Shown: positions 32,016-42,645 of the stretch, one piece after another
How the letters are laid out: each line of letters opens with the position of its first letter
Numbering within the stretch: the first letter of the stretch is position 1
Virus record (IMG/VR): IMGVR_UViG_648276647_000006
Coordinates: 1-56,868 of that record
Reading direction: 5' to 3' (one strand)
Length of the DNA: 56,868 nt
Source of the DNA: a virus
Taxonomy: Duplodnaviria; Heunggongvirae; Uroviricota; Caudoviricetes
Program-made: the position numbers and the translations under genes
Notes under the pieces: generated by a model
Told to the model about the DNA's origin: nothing
The model's database searches: none
Seen by the model: only the letters and a program-made list of their open reading frames with translations

Positions 32016-33320
32016 ATGAGCGAGTATATAGAAATTGCCTATGCAGCAGCTACACATAGGCTGTGCTTTCTTACAGGCACTGGATTTTCAAAGGCTGTTT
32101 CTGATGATAAAGCCCCAAGTTGGCAATCTTTATTGGAGCAACTGTGCGGTTTATTGAAGGATGGTGACTCACTCAAAGAGGAATTATTTCCTGATGGAAA
32201 AGCAAAAGACCTTAGCCTTGAAGAGGCAGCTCAGGTTATTGCACTAAAATTTATACTTTCGGGGAAGAATATTTACCAGGAGATTGAGAAAATCATAGCC
32301 TCAATCGAACTTGATCCATCAATTGAATATATTCAAGACTTTTTCAAAGAAAACACATTTAAAGTAATTACGACAAATTATGACAAGTTAGCAGAAAAAC
32401 TGGCTGGAGAGAATCGAACGTGTACAATCACCCCCGGTCTGCCAATTCCAAAATATAATTGTGAGGTTAAAGTCTACCATGTTCACGGCTCTATAGACTC
32501 CCCATCAGATATGGTTGTTACTAGCGAGGATTATTTCAGATTTATAAATGGTAACTCTTACTTTTCAAATAAACTAAGCACAGTTCTACATGAAAACACT
32601 ATTGTTATTCTTGGCTATTCTCTAAGTGACGCGAACCTCAAGGCGATTATAAATGAATATAAGGTATTTTCACGGGACAACGTAATGTCCTCCAATATTT
32701 TCCTTATTTCCCGAGGGAAACTATTGCAACCTATTAAAGATTACTATTTTTCCTGCTTTGGGATTAGGGTTATAGATAAAACAGAGGTGTCTGATTTCTT
32801 TAGAAAACTTAACAAGAAAATTCCAGAAGCAAAAAAAATAAAAGACAAATTGAGGCACTCAATCAAATCGGTAATAAAAAACGGAAGAGAGTATAAAATA
32901 GAGTTCTTGAAGTTAGAGGATTCTTTTTATCATATCATTTCCTCCATTTCATCATCTGGATATAGCTGGAATGATGAAAAGGTATTAAATGTTTTTTGTG
33001 ATATAATAGATAAAAAAATAGATCTTACTAAAGAGTCTGGCGCATGGGAGCAGTATGAACACCTGGCAAAATGGCTTATTTATTTCGGTAGTTTATTTGA
33101 AGTAAAAGGAACCAACTTTGAGAAAAAATACATACATGCGGTTGAACACTCAATGACTTATATGAATAAACCTTACGAAACAGGCTACTCATGGCGAGCA
33201 TATCTAGCCTGGAAAACAAAATGGCCTTCACTGACAGCATCTAACCGCTCTCTTATTAAGAGTAAGATGGAAGAAATCCCGCTACAACAGATTCACGATA
33301 TTATATCTAAGTTTATATAG
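32016..33320 (+). CDS. SIR2-like (SIR2_2 family) protein, candidate NAD-depleting defence effector
   Basis: ORF track 434 aa; GGAG RBS; motifs GTGFS (res 21-25), TTNYD (119-123), HVHGS (155-159), GYSLSD (200-205); C-terminal ~180 aa with no motif I recognise; gene is conspicuously AT-rich relative to its flanks. Confidence 0.8.
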   Translation: MSEYIEIAYAAATHRLCFLTGTGFSKAVSDDKAPSWQSLLEQLCGLLKDGDSLKEELFPDGKAKDLSLEEAAQVIALKFILSGKNIYQEIEKIIASIELDPSIEYIQDFFKENTFKVITTNYDKLAEKLAGENRTCTITPGLPIPKYNCEVKVYHVHGSIDSPSDMVVTSEDYFRFINGNSYFSNKLSTVLHENTIVILGYSLSDANLKAIINEYKVFSRDNVMSSNIFLISRGKLLQPIKDYYFSCFGIRVIDKTEVSDFFRKLNKKIPEAKKIKDKLRHSIKSVIKNGREYKIEFLKLEDSFYHIISSISSSGYSWNDEKVLNVFCDIIDKKIDLTKESGAWEQYEHLAKWLIYFGSLFEVKGTNFEKKYIHAVEHSMTYMNKPYETGYSWRAYLAWKTKWPSLTASNRSLIKSKMEEIPLQQIHDIISKFI

Positions 33321-33329
33321 TATATTTAT

Positions 33330-33356
33330 CTCCGGCCTAATCTCCCTAGGCCGGAG
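33330..33356. terminator. hairpin between convergent genes
   Basis: CTCCGGCCTA-ATCTCCC-TAGGCCGGAG, perfect 10-bp stem. Confidence 0.5.
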
Positions 33357-33361
33357 AGTTC

Positions 33362-33610
33362 TTAATCAGCATTCAGGAGCAATGCGTTATCTATGATGAT
33401 CTGCTCCCATTCCTCGAATGCCCGGTCACGGACGCCCTGGGGAACGCTGTTAGTTTTGAAATCGACGACCGTCCGCCATTTCCCGTCCGGACGGTACATG
33501 CGCAGAGCTTTACTCCCCCCTTCCCTGCGCACCTCTACGTTATGCTTATCAGCAAACTCTTGTAATGCTCGTAGCGTCCCATGCTTTACTGTGTAGTATC
33601 GCTTTTTCAA
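33362..33610 (-). CDS. hypothetical protein (lxc position in P1)
   Basis: ORF track 82 aa; last gene of the darB operon. Confidence 0.6.
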   Translation of the reverse strand: MKKRYYTVKHGTLRALQEFADKHNVEVRREGGSKALRMYRPDGKWRTVVDFKTNSVPQGVRDRAFEEWEQIIIDNALLLNAD

Positions 33611-34047
33611 GTTTTCTCTCCAGCCTGTGCTAAGGCTTCAACTTCCAAATCGTAAGACTCAAACTCATAGTCCTGGTCGTCAACCTCTTCAGACACTGGC
33701 AGTAAATGCCAGGCTGAGTATATCTGGCCATTATCGAAACGCTCCTGGCTGTAGAGCGTCGCGGCTATGAGTGTCAGCGCCGGGCGGTCATAACGGTAAA
33801 TTTTGCGAACGTCACGGTCAACGAGACGACCGAAATTACCATAACCGCGCTCCAGTAATAATTTTTTAATTTCCGGCCAGTATGGGCCATAGCTGCGGTA
33901 CAGGCGGGGATTTTTCAGTAATCGCCCGCGTAGCCCTGACAGGAAGAAATCAACGTATTCGTCTTCTGTCTTTCCTAACAACGCCGTACGCAGTACCGCC
34001 TCAAGATATGTTTTATTCGGTTTTATTGTATCAGATAGTGTGGCCAT
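33607..34047 (-). CDS. hypothetical protein (ulx position in P1)
   Basis: ORF track 146 aa; 4-nt overlap with the downstream gene. Confidence 0.6.
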   Translation of the reverse strand: MATLSDTIKPNKTYLEAVLRTALLGKTEDEYVDFFLSGLRGRLLKNPRLYRSYGPYWPEIKKLLLERGYGNFGRLVDRDVRKIYRYDRPALTLIAATLYSQERFDNGQIYSAWHLLPVSEEVDDQDYEFESYDLEVEALAQAGEKT

Positions 34048-34080
34048 ATTATGCGACGCCCGGCGAACCGGGCGCTCCTG

Positions 34081-37000
34081 TTATGCGTATTGTTGGATGA
34101 CGGCCATAACGTCCGCCACGTTGTGTTTTGTCTCGATAATCCACCAGTTACCCGGGAAATCGCTGTTCTTCGCCTTCGCTGGCAGCCAGCGAGCGCCGAA
34201 TTTCGCCTTGATTGCGTCTTTCGCACGGAAAAGAATGCCTTTCATGCCGGACGCCTCCTGAAGCCCAAATACCTCGCCAGCGGCGAATTTTGGTGCGTAC
34301 ATCATCTTCAGGTCTGCGGTGGATACGCGATAATTCAGACCAAGAGACTGAGCTATGCTGGTGGCATCACCCTGTATTGATGATAACTCTTCTTGTTTCT
34401 CGTTTCTGGCGGCAATTTCTTCCTCCGTGATGTTGCCAAGGGCCAGGTTTATCCGATCAGCGTCTGCCTGTTTCTCTTCATCGGTGCGCCCGGCAAGAAC
34501 CGTGTTAATTCTCTGCAATATCTCCACATGATTCTTGCGCATGCTGAGCAATTCCGGCGTAACCTCGTTAAGATCCACCAGCCCTAGGATGGCAAGGTCG
34601 GAAAACATTGATACCAGGTTGTAGGTCATGCGATAGCTGAGTTGACCATAGGCTGATGGCAACTTCACCGCATCCATTTGATAGGCATCCATAAATTTAG
34701 AGCCGTCGTTTACGACATCCGCAATTGCAGGTGTGATTTTCCCTGTGGTGGCGGCCTCCCTGATTGCTGTTACCCACGATTGAGTCAGCGCGGCGACTGC
34801 ATGATTCAGATTGGTTTTCCGTTCTGCTGCAATGCGCGCGCTTGCTGCGTCCATTGCCTGCTTGACCTCGTCTTTATTGCTGTAAATGCCAATGGTGCCA
34901 AACTGTGCTGTGGTGATCTCATAATCTGACGCCCGGAACTCATGGGTACCGAAAATGGCATTGGTGACCTCAAGTTCAGAATCCCCGTTACGGGTAGCCC
35001 CCTGGCTTGTTTTCTCCGGCATTCTGGCGATCGCATCCGCTATTTTCTCCTGAATTGCTTCAGGGGATAGCGTATCTCCGTATGACGCGATTACATCGCC
35101 ATAATTGGAGCCAAACAGTTCAGTCAGGAATACTTCTGCCAAACGGATCTGGCGGTTATTCCCTTCCGACATCATACCAAGCACCCATTTAGCAATTGAC
35201 GACTTCAGCGCGCCGTCACGGCGATCCGGATAAACCGCATGCTTCAGCGGGTCCGTATAGGTACCAACAAAATCAATGCTGTAGCCTGACTCTGTAGTCT
35301 GAACGCCGTATGAGTCAGTGATTTTGATCATGCCGCGCTGCTGGAAACGGTAGAAATCGTCACAGGAAATGATGTCGTTAATCCCGGCGATGGAGACGCC
35401 ACCACTGATTTTCTGCATAACAGCATCTTCATTGGGAGTTACATCAACCTGTTTATCCAGCGTCTTCACATCCCAGTTACCCGATTTTGTGCCTTTGAAG
35501 GTAAAGATAATCTCCACGTCTGCGCGCTGGCTGTCGAAGTCCAGAGACTTAATGCGGACGATATCACCGGCAAAATCATAGTATTGGCCTACACGCCATG
35601 AGCGATCGCCGATAACAAGGAACTCACTCGCATGGTTAACCAGGTCAGGATCAACATCCAGAATGCCTTTATTTATTGCATCCTCCACCAGCGGGCGCAG
35701 GCGTTTGATATCCGTCGCGGCCTTCTGGGTACGGTTCAATAATTTCTCATAGCGGGAGATGGCTTGAGAGATATTAGCCTTCTGTTGAATAGCATTTTTT
35801 AACGAAGCGCGATATCGAGCTAACAACATACGGTCAGCGTTATGGACACTCCCCCAACGAGCCTTCCAGTCTGCGTTATCAGCTGCTTTGGCCATTACCG
35901 CCTGTTTGAATTTAGCTACCTCGGCGGTGGTCTTTTCAAGTTCCGCTTTGTTTCGCTCTAATTCAGCGGTAAGTACCTCCACATCCTCGCCAGCTGCGTG
36001 CTGCGCCTTGATGTAGTTCTGAAGGTCGATAGTAGCCTGTTCTTTCTGGCGAGCGCGTTGCGCGGCTTTCGCCTTATCCATTTGAACCTGCATCATTGCC
36101 AGACGTTCGCCATCATCCTTAGCGGTATACATCTGCATTTCGATCATATCGTTGGCGTCTGCGTTCTCCATTTCTGACTTATCTGAACGGAGGATATCGG
36201 AGATCCAGCCTGCTTTACGCTTCAGCGTCTTCAGTCGGTATTCATCGAAAGAACCCTTGCCGCAGTAGTAATGAACGCGAACGCTTGCACGGTTGGAGCC
36301 AACTCGGGCACCGCGACCGTTACGCTGTGCGATACTGGCTGGTGTCCATGGCAACGTCAGGTGGTGGATATCCGTCGTTCCTCGATGCAGGTTGATACCC
36401 ACCTCTGCCTTTTTGTTGCAGATGATGATCGGGGTCCGGCCCTCCTGGAAGTCGGCAGCAATCTTTTCCAGACCGCCCAACGACATTTCATTTTGCTGCG
36501 CGATATAGGCGTCATACAGAGCCATTTGCTCGTTGTATTTCGCTAGCTGTGCATCTGTTGGTTCATCCGGTAACTCTTTCGGCGGTTTAACCGCTTTCAG
36601 TTTCTTACCGGTTTTACCTGCCTCGGCAACCGTCTGAGCATTCAGGATCCCCACCTTTGAAGGTTCAAGGTTAAGAGCATTGCAGATAATGCGCTTGAGC
36701 TTCTGGTGCTGCGTTTTTTCATCGGTGAAGATGATTTGCTTACCTTCCGGGAAAAACTCCTTCAGCGTGGCGATCAGCTTCGCGTATTTGGGCGTAACGG
36801 GGTGAGTTACGGTCTGTTCGTCAATGCCAAACCTGGCCAGGCGCTTATTCACTTCCTGCTCGAACGCTTCCGGAACCTGCAACTGAATAAACTCGCCCTT
36901 ATCTATCAGGGAGTATTGCGATTGCTGCGTGATTGCATCATCACTGTCGTCGTCTTCGCTGGTGGCTTGTTTAGGCAAACTGTCCGCCAGCTGCTGCACC

Positions 37001-40000
37001 GCATCGGCATACTCCGGCAGGAAACGATAGGTGATCCGGCGATAGTACAGGTCCATGTCAGTACATACGCGGTCCATATCCCTGATTATTGAGAAGATCG
37101 GACGGGCTTTCTCGTGCTCAATCACGCCGTCTTCATTGACCGAGGTCGTTACGCCATTGTTGGCTTTGGCCGCCGCTTCCGCCTGCTGACGCAATTCTTC
37201 ATACGCCGCCAGTTGTTCTTCAGTAAGTGGTGCATCCTGCTGGTGCTCGTCCAGCTCCGGGATCTCCACGGTATCCTTAACGTCTTCCGCCGTTTTAAGC
37301 GTTGTCCACCGATGGAATATACCGCGCAGCGCATCAAGGTTTTCAAAGCCCACCAGCGCCATTTTTTCTTCAACTTCACCGCTGATTTTCTGTACCGTTT
37401 CCAGCCTGGTCTTACCGAAGAATTTAACGAAGTCATCAGGACCGTAGATCCCCATCTTCTGCCAGTATTCCTTCGGCAGCACATGAGAAAGCATGTTGTA
37501 TGCATCGATCGGGGTGTTAACGACTGGCGTTGCAGTCAGGAGAACCGGTCCGCGCCCGCCATTCTTTTTCATCAGGTATGCGTTTTTGATTGCCATATCT
37601 CGCGCCGATTGCGCCACCGCGCTGGTGGGCAGATAGGCCAGCTGTGACGCTTCGCGACCATTTTTATAGCTATTGCGGTAGTTGTGGCCTTCGTCAACGA
37701 TCACGCTATCGAAACCCATATCCTCAAAGTACGGATACTTCTCTGATTTTTCGGTGCCGGTATCTGAATACTCCGACAAGATACGGCGACGCGCGGCCTC
37801 TTTGCGGTGGGAGTCGGAGTCCATTGCGCTGGCTACACGCCCGGCGGCAACAAAGTCCAAAAGCATATCTTGAGCATGCTCATCTACGGTTTCATCGCGT
37901 AGAGGAAGGCGGAAGTATTGTTCTTTGGTGAGCACTACAGCACGGTAATTTGAGTGCGGGATAGCGTTTATCCGCGCCGTGATAGTGGCTTCATCAGCCA
38001 GCTTAAGGGCATCGCGCATAACGGGAGTGCCATCTGCACCAACGACAGCTTTACCGTTCTCATCGAGCACCGGCACCTGGCGAATCTGATCGCCATCCAT
38101 CAGCACATCAAGACCGACAAACAGGTAGTTACTGAATGCCTCTTCACTCAGGAACTCTTTTGCCTCGTAATACCAGTTTTCCAGCACTGATTTAGGTACT
38201 ACATACAAAGTTCTGGTTGATCGGCCATTCTCATAGTTGAACGCCTCAAGCGCCAGCGCAGTCGTGGTTTTACCCAGCCCGGTACCGAAGCCCAGGATGC
38301 CGCGCCCATCTTCGGACAGTCGGCGCACCTCGCTATTCTGGTAATCAAATGGCTGTCGCTTACCGCTTAATCCCTTCAACCCAAGCGGATCGCCAGAGTG
38401 TTCATACGGGATATTGCTATTGAACACATCGTTGTATTTGGCAACCAGCTCATCGTAGCGATCGTGCGTCTTGATCCACTTATTGAACTGGTCCTCAAGC
38501 AGTGCCATCTGCTCGCGGTAGCCGTTCGCCGTCGCGCTATCTTTGCCACCGATACGCGCACCATTGAGATACTTTTCCAGCTGTGCCGGGAACCCGGTCG
38601 CGTTTTCACCTGATTTACGGTCCCACTCGTAGCGGATCTCGCCTGTTTCTTTATCCTTGCGCTGGACGACACCGTATCGGTGTCCGACGAACAGACCATC
38701 ACCACCGTGATAGGTGTCAGAAACCATTTCGTCGCCTTCCAGCTGCACTGACTGCACATAGCGCAGATCCGGATAGCCGTTTTCCTGCAAAAATTCCAGA
38801 ATGACGGAACGGTCGAACCAACGGCTATTGAGCTTAAACCGGATATTCTCTGCTGGCGTCTTGATGCGCTTCTCTTCGATCGCTGCCAGCTGATTAAGGA
38901 CGTTGTTCTTTACTGGACCGTCGGGGAGCGTGGCGAGGAATTCCTGTTTTGGAGCCACTATCTCGTTAATGTCGCCGCTGGTGGCGCGGGCGAACGGAAC
39001 AATCCCGCCATACGGTGAAACCGCAATACCAGGGGTGCTGGCCAATAAATTAAGCAACTCTTCATCACTGGCTGGCAGTTCGCCGGTAAACGCAAGGCGG
39101 AAATCATCGAGCTGGATTGGATCGCGGGTAAGATCGCTATAGAGATAACGCAGGGTGTCCTGATAGCTGGTGGAGTCATAACTGGCGCTGGAATCATGCG
39201 TAACCAGCTTTCCTGTCAGCTCGTCAGAAATAGTGCCATCCAGCTTAATCGCACCACGGAAAGCAAACCAGGCGCGCGCACCGCTCCCCGACAATTTCGC
39301 TATAGGACCGCGACCTGGATTACCAAAGCGGTCAATCTCTGCCTGCAAACGGGATACCAGAGAAAGGCGCTGCTGTTCGATTTGTTCAGCACTATGCCCG
39401 GCGGCCTTCATATCCTGATATTCAATTAACATCCGGCCAATCATCGCCCCGCGATACAAGCGTTCACGGTATTTTTCAGGCTGGCTGTTAATCCAGTCCA
39501 CCAGCTGCACCATATCGTCGCTGATTGATGTGGTGTACTTATCGCGGACATTTGCCATCTGGGTAAATGTCATACCGAGACGGCCTTCTGTTGTAGTCAG
39601 GTTACGCTGAAGAGCCTCCCAGCTATTCGCGCCATAACTGGCAGCATCAATCTTAAGCTCCTTCCCGGCATCAGCTTCAATCCAGCGACCACCAGCATAT
39701 TTTTGCCATACGCCATTAATCAGGCGCATTTCCCCTTCATCAACAACGTCTGCGGTCGGTGACGGTTCGGCCATATTGAGCAAAGACCAGTCGATACGAC
39801 TTTCGAAACGATGAATCAGCTTCGCTTTAAGAGCCTGGTTATCAATCTGCCCGTCGGCACGAACCTCAATACGCCCCTGGAAGCCCTTTTCCTGGGTGCC
39901 ATGAACAAACCGGCGGCCATCCTTTTCAAACCACTTGCCAGAAATAAACGTTGGCCAAAGCACATTTGCCGATTCAAGAGTGCCTTCATCCACCAGGGGG

Positions 40001-40848
40001 ATTTTCTCAGCCATTTCTGCCGGATGTTTGCGCATCAGCACCACATCAACGACCGTACTGGTCCCGTTTGCATCAAAAGTACCGGTAGGCAAGCGGTGGG
40101 CGCCAAGAAATTCAGCTTTACGGGATAGGCGCAGGCGCAACCGCTTCATGTTTGAACCTGAAACAATGGACGGCGGCACAATCACACACATGAATCCGCC
40201 TGGCTTTATCTTGTCCAGCATGCGGAGCATGAAGTAAGACCCCATGTCCGTTTCTTCTGCGTAAGGCTTATCGATGTTGCGTGTGTTATCACGCCCGCCG
40301 AACGGAACGTTACCCACAACATGGTCGAATGAATCGTTAGGCGTGCTTACAGCCAGCTGTTCGAACGGGGAAATCTGTACGCTGTCTTCCGGATGTAACA
40401 GCTGGTTTATACGACCGGAAACACTGCTGATCTCAGTCGCAGTCATCACTGTACCAACCGGTTTTGTCTCATTAAAAACACCGGTTCCCGCGGAAGGTTC
40501 CAGGGTGTTACCTACGTCCGCGCCGTAGAGCTTCATGATCTCCCAGACACCTTCAGCGATCGGCTTTGGTGTGTAATATTCGGAGACAGAACCACCAATG
40601 CCGCCCTCCCCGGTGTACCCGGCCAGGATCTGGCGCTGTTCATCTGTCAGTGTCGCGCCGTCCACCAGCGAATTAAGCAAATCTATCGCCTTCTGATTCG
40701 CCTCCCGGCGCAGTCGGTCATAGCTTTTGCCTTCCACCTTTTCCACGCCGTATCTAATCGGCGCTCGGTGAGATGTTATTGCCCTAATGTATTTCAATAT
40801 TTCGCTGACACTTGAACAGCGAAACACCCCCATAGATAGCTTGTTCAT
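34081..40848 (-). CDS. darB: DarB-like antirestriction protein (N6-adenine methyltransferase plus DExH helicase)
   Basis: ORF track 2255 aa, the length I recall for P1 DarB; MTase motifs LEPSAGTGVF and NVPFGG; helicase motifs LGFGTGLGKTTTAL and DEGHNYRN. Confidence 0.9.
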   Translation of the reverse strand: MNKLSMGVFRCSSVSEILKYIRAITSHRAPIRYGVEKVEGKSYDRLRREANQKAIDLLNSLVDGATLTDEQRQILAGYTGEGGIGGSVSEYYTPKPIAEGVWEIMKLYGADVGNTLEPSAGTGVFNETKPVGTVMTATEISSVSGRINQLLHPEDSVQISPFEQLAVSTPNDSFDHVVGNVPFGGRDNTRNIDKPYAEETDMGSYFMLRMLDKIKPGGFMCVIVPPSIVSGSNMKRLRLRLSRKAEFLGAHRLPTGTFDANGTSTVVDVVLMRKHPAEMAEKIPLVDEGTLESANVLWPTFISGKWFEKDGRRFVHGTQEKGFQGRIEVRADGQIDNQALKAKLIHRFESRIDWSLLNMAEPSPTADVVDEGEMRLINGVWQKYAGGRWIEADAGKELKIDAASYGANSWEALQRNLTTTEGRLGMTFTQMANVRDKYTTSISDDMVQLVDWINSQPEKYRERLYRGAMIGRMLIEYQDMKAAGHSAEQIEQQRLSLVSRLQAEIDRFGNPGRGPIAKLSGSGARAWFAFRGAIKLDGTISDELTGKLVTHDSSASYDSTSYQDTLRYLYSDLTRDPIQLDDFRLAFTGELPASDEELLNLLASTPGIAVSPYGGIVPFARATSGDINEIVAPKQEFLATLPDGPVKNNVLNQLAAIEEKRIKTPAENIRFKLNSRWFDRSVILEFLQENGYPDLRYVQSVQLEGDEMVSDTYHGGDGLFVGHRYGVVQRKDKETGEIRYEWDRKSGENATGFPAQLEKYLNGARIGGKDSATANGYREQMALLEDQFNKWIKTHDRYDELVAKYNDVFNSNIPYEHSGDPLGLKGLSGKRQPFDYQNSEVRRLSEDGRGILGFGTGLGKTTTALALEAFNYENGRSTRTLYVVPKSVLENWYYEAKEFLSEEAFSNYLFVGLDVLMDGDQIRQVPVLDENGKAVVGADGTPVMRDALKLADEATITARINAIPHSNYRAVVLTKEQYFRLPLRDETVDEHAQDMLLDFVAAGRVASAMDSDSHRKEAARRRILSEYSDTGTEKSEKYPYFEDMGFDSVIVDEGHNYRNSYKNGREASQLAYLPTSAVAQSARDMAIKNAYLMKKNGGRGPVLLTATPVVNTPIDAYNMLSHVLPKEYWQKMGIYGPDDFVKFFGKTRLETVQKISGEVEEKMALVGFENLDALRGIFHRWTTLKTAEDVKDTVEIPELDEHQQDAPLTEEQLAAYEELRQQAEAAAKANNGVTTSVNEDGVIEHEKARPIFSIIRDMDRVCTDMDLYYRRITYRFLPEYADAVQQLADSLPKQATSEDDDSDDAITQQSQYSLIDKGEFIQLQVPEAFEQEVNKRLARFGIDEQTVTHPVTPKYAKLIATLKEFFPEGKQIIFTDEKTQHQKLKRIICNALNLEPSKVGILNAQTVAEAGKTGKKLKAVKPPKELPDEPTDAQLAKYNEQMALYDAYIAQQNEMSLGGLEKIAADFQEGRTPIIICNKKAEVGINLHRGTTDIHHLTLPWTPASIAQRNGRGARVGSNRASVRVHYYCGKGSFDEYRLKTLKRKAGWISDILRSDKSEMENADANDMIEMQMYTAKDDGERLAMMQVQMDKAKAAQRARQKEQATIDLQNYIKAQHAAGEDVEVLTAELERNKAELEKTTAEVAKFKQAVMAKAADNADWKARWGSVHNADRMLLARYRASLKNAIQQKANISQAISRYEKLLNRTQKAATDIKRLRPLVEDAINKGILDVDPDLVNHASEFLVIGDRSWRVGQYYDFAGDIVRIKSLDFDSQRADVEIIFTFKGTKSGNWDVKTLDKQVDVTPNEDAVMQKISGGVSIAGINDIISCDDFYRFQQRGMIKITDSYGVQTTESGYSIDFVGTYTDPLKHAVYPDRRDGALKSSIAKWVLGMMSEGNNRQIRLAEVFLTELFGSNYGDVIASYGDTLSPEAIQEKIADAIARMPEKTSQGATRNGDSELEVTNAIFGTHEFRASDYEITTAQFGTIGIYSNKDEVKQAMDAASARIAAERKTNLNHAVAALTQSWVTAIREAATTGKITPAIADVVNDGSKFMDAYQMDAVKLPSAYGQLSYRMTYNLVSMFSDLAILGLVDLNEVTPELLSMRKNHVEILQRINTVLAGRTDEEKQADADRINLALGNITEEEIAARNEKQEELSSIQGDATSIAQSLGLNYRVSTADLKMMYAPKFAAGEVFGLQEASGMKGILFRAKDAIKAKFGARWLPAKAKNSDFPGNWWIIETKHNVADVMAVIQQYA

Positions 40849-40857
40849 TAGTAATCC

Positions 40858-40880
40858 TTAACAAGTGACTAGTGTTAAAT
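40858..40880 (+). promoter_or_regulatory. candidate late (Lpa-dependent) promoter element
   Basis: TTAACAAGTGACTAGTGTTAA: TTAACA/TGTTAA inverted repeat around AGTGACTAG, 45-65 nt upstream of the portal-position gene. Confidence 0.35.
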
Positions 40881-40914
40881 TCCGTTCAAACACGATGCGA
40901 ATTATTCTAATTAA

Positions 40915-42645
<1,731 letters not shown>

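Noticed and set aside
31960-33360. Type III restriction-modification genes expected between mat and lxc
   Set aside because: I looked for a large helicase/endonuclease plus methyltransferase pair here; only the single SIR2-like gene is present.
34040-40528. Many plus-strand track ORFs (60-177 aa) inside the darB interval, e.g. 34051-34380, 36706-37092, 37114-37647
   Set aside because: All lie antisense to or out of frame within one uninterrupted 2255-codon ORF that has coherent MTase and helicase motifs; none has an RBS.
34081-40848. The 2255-aa MTase-helicase as a restriction enzyme (type ISP or type III-like)
   Set aside because: Length and domain order match the P1 DarB antirestriction protein as I recall it, and it sits in the ulx/lxc operon next to the portal gene.
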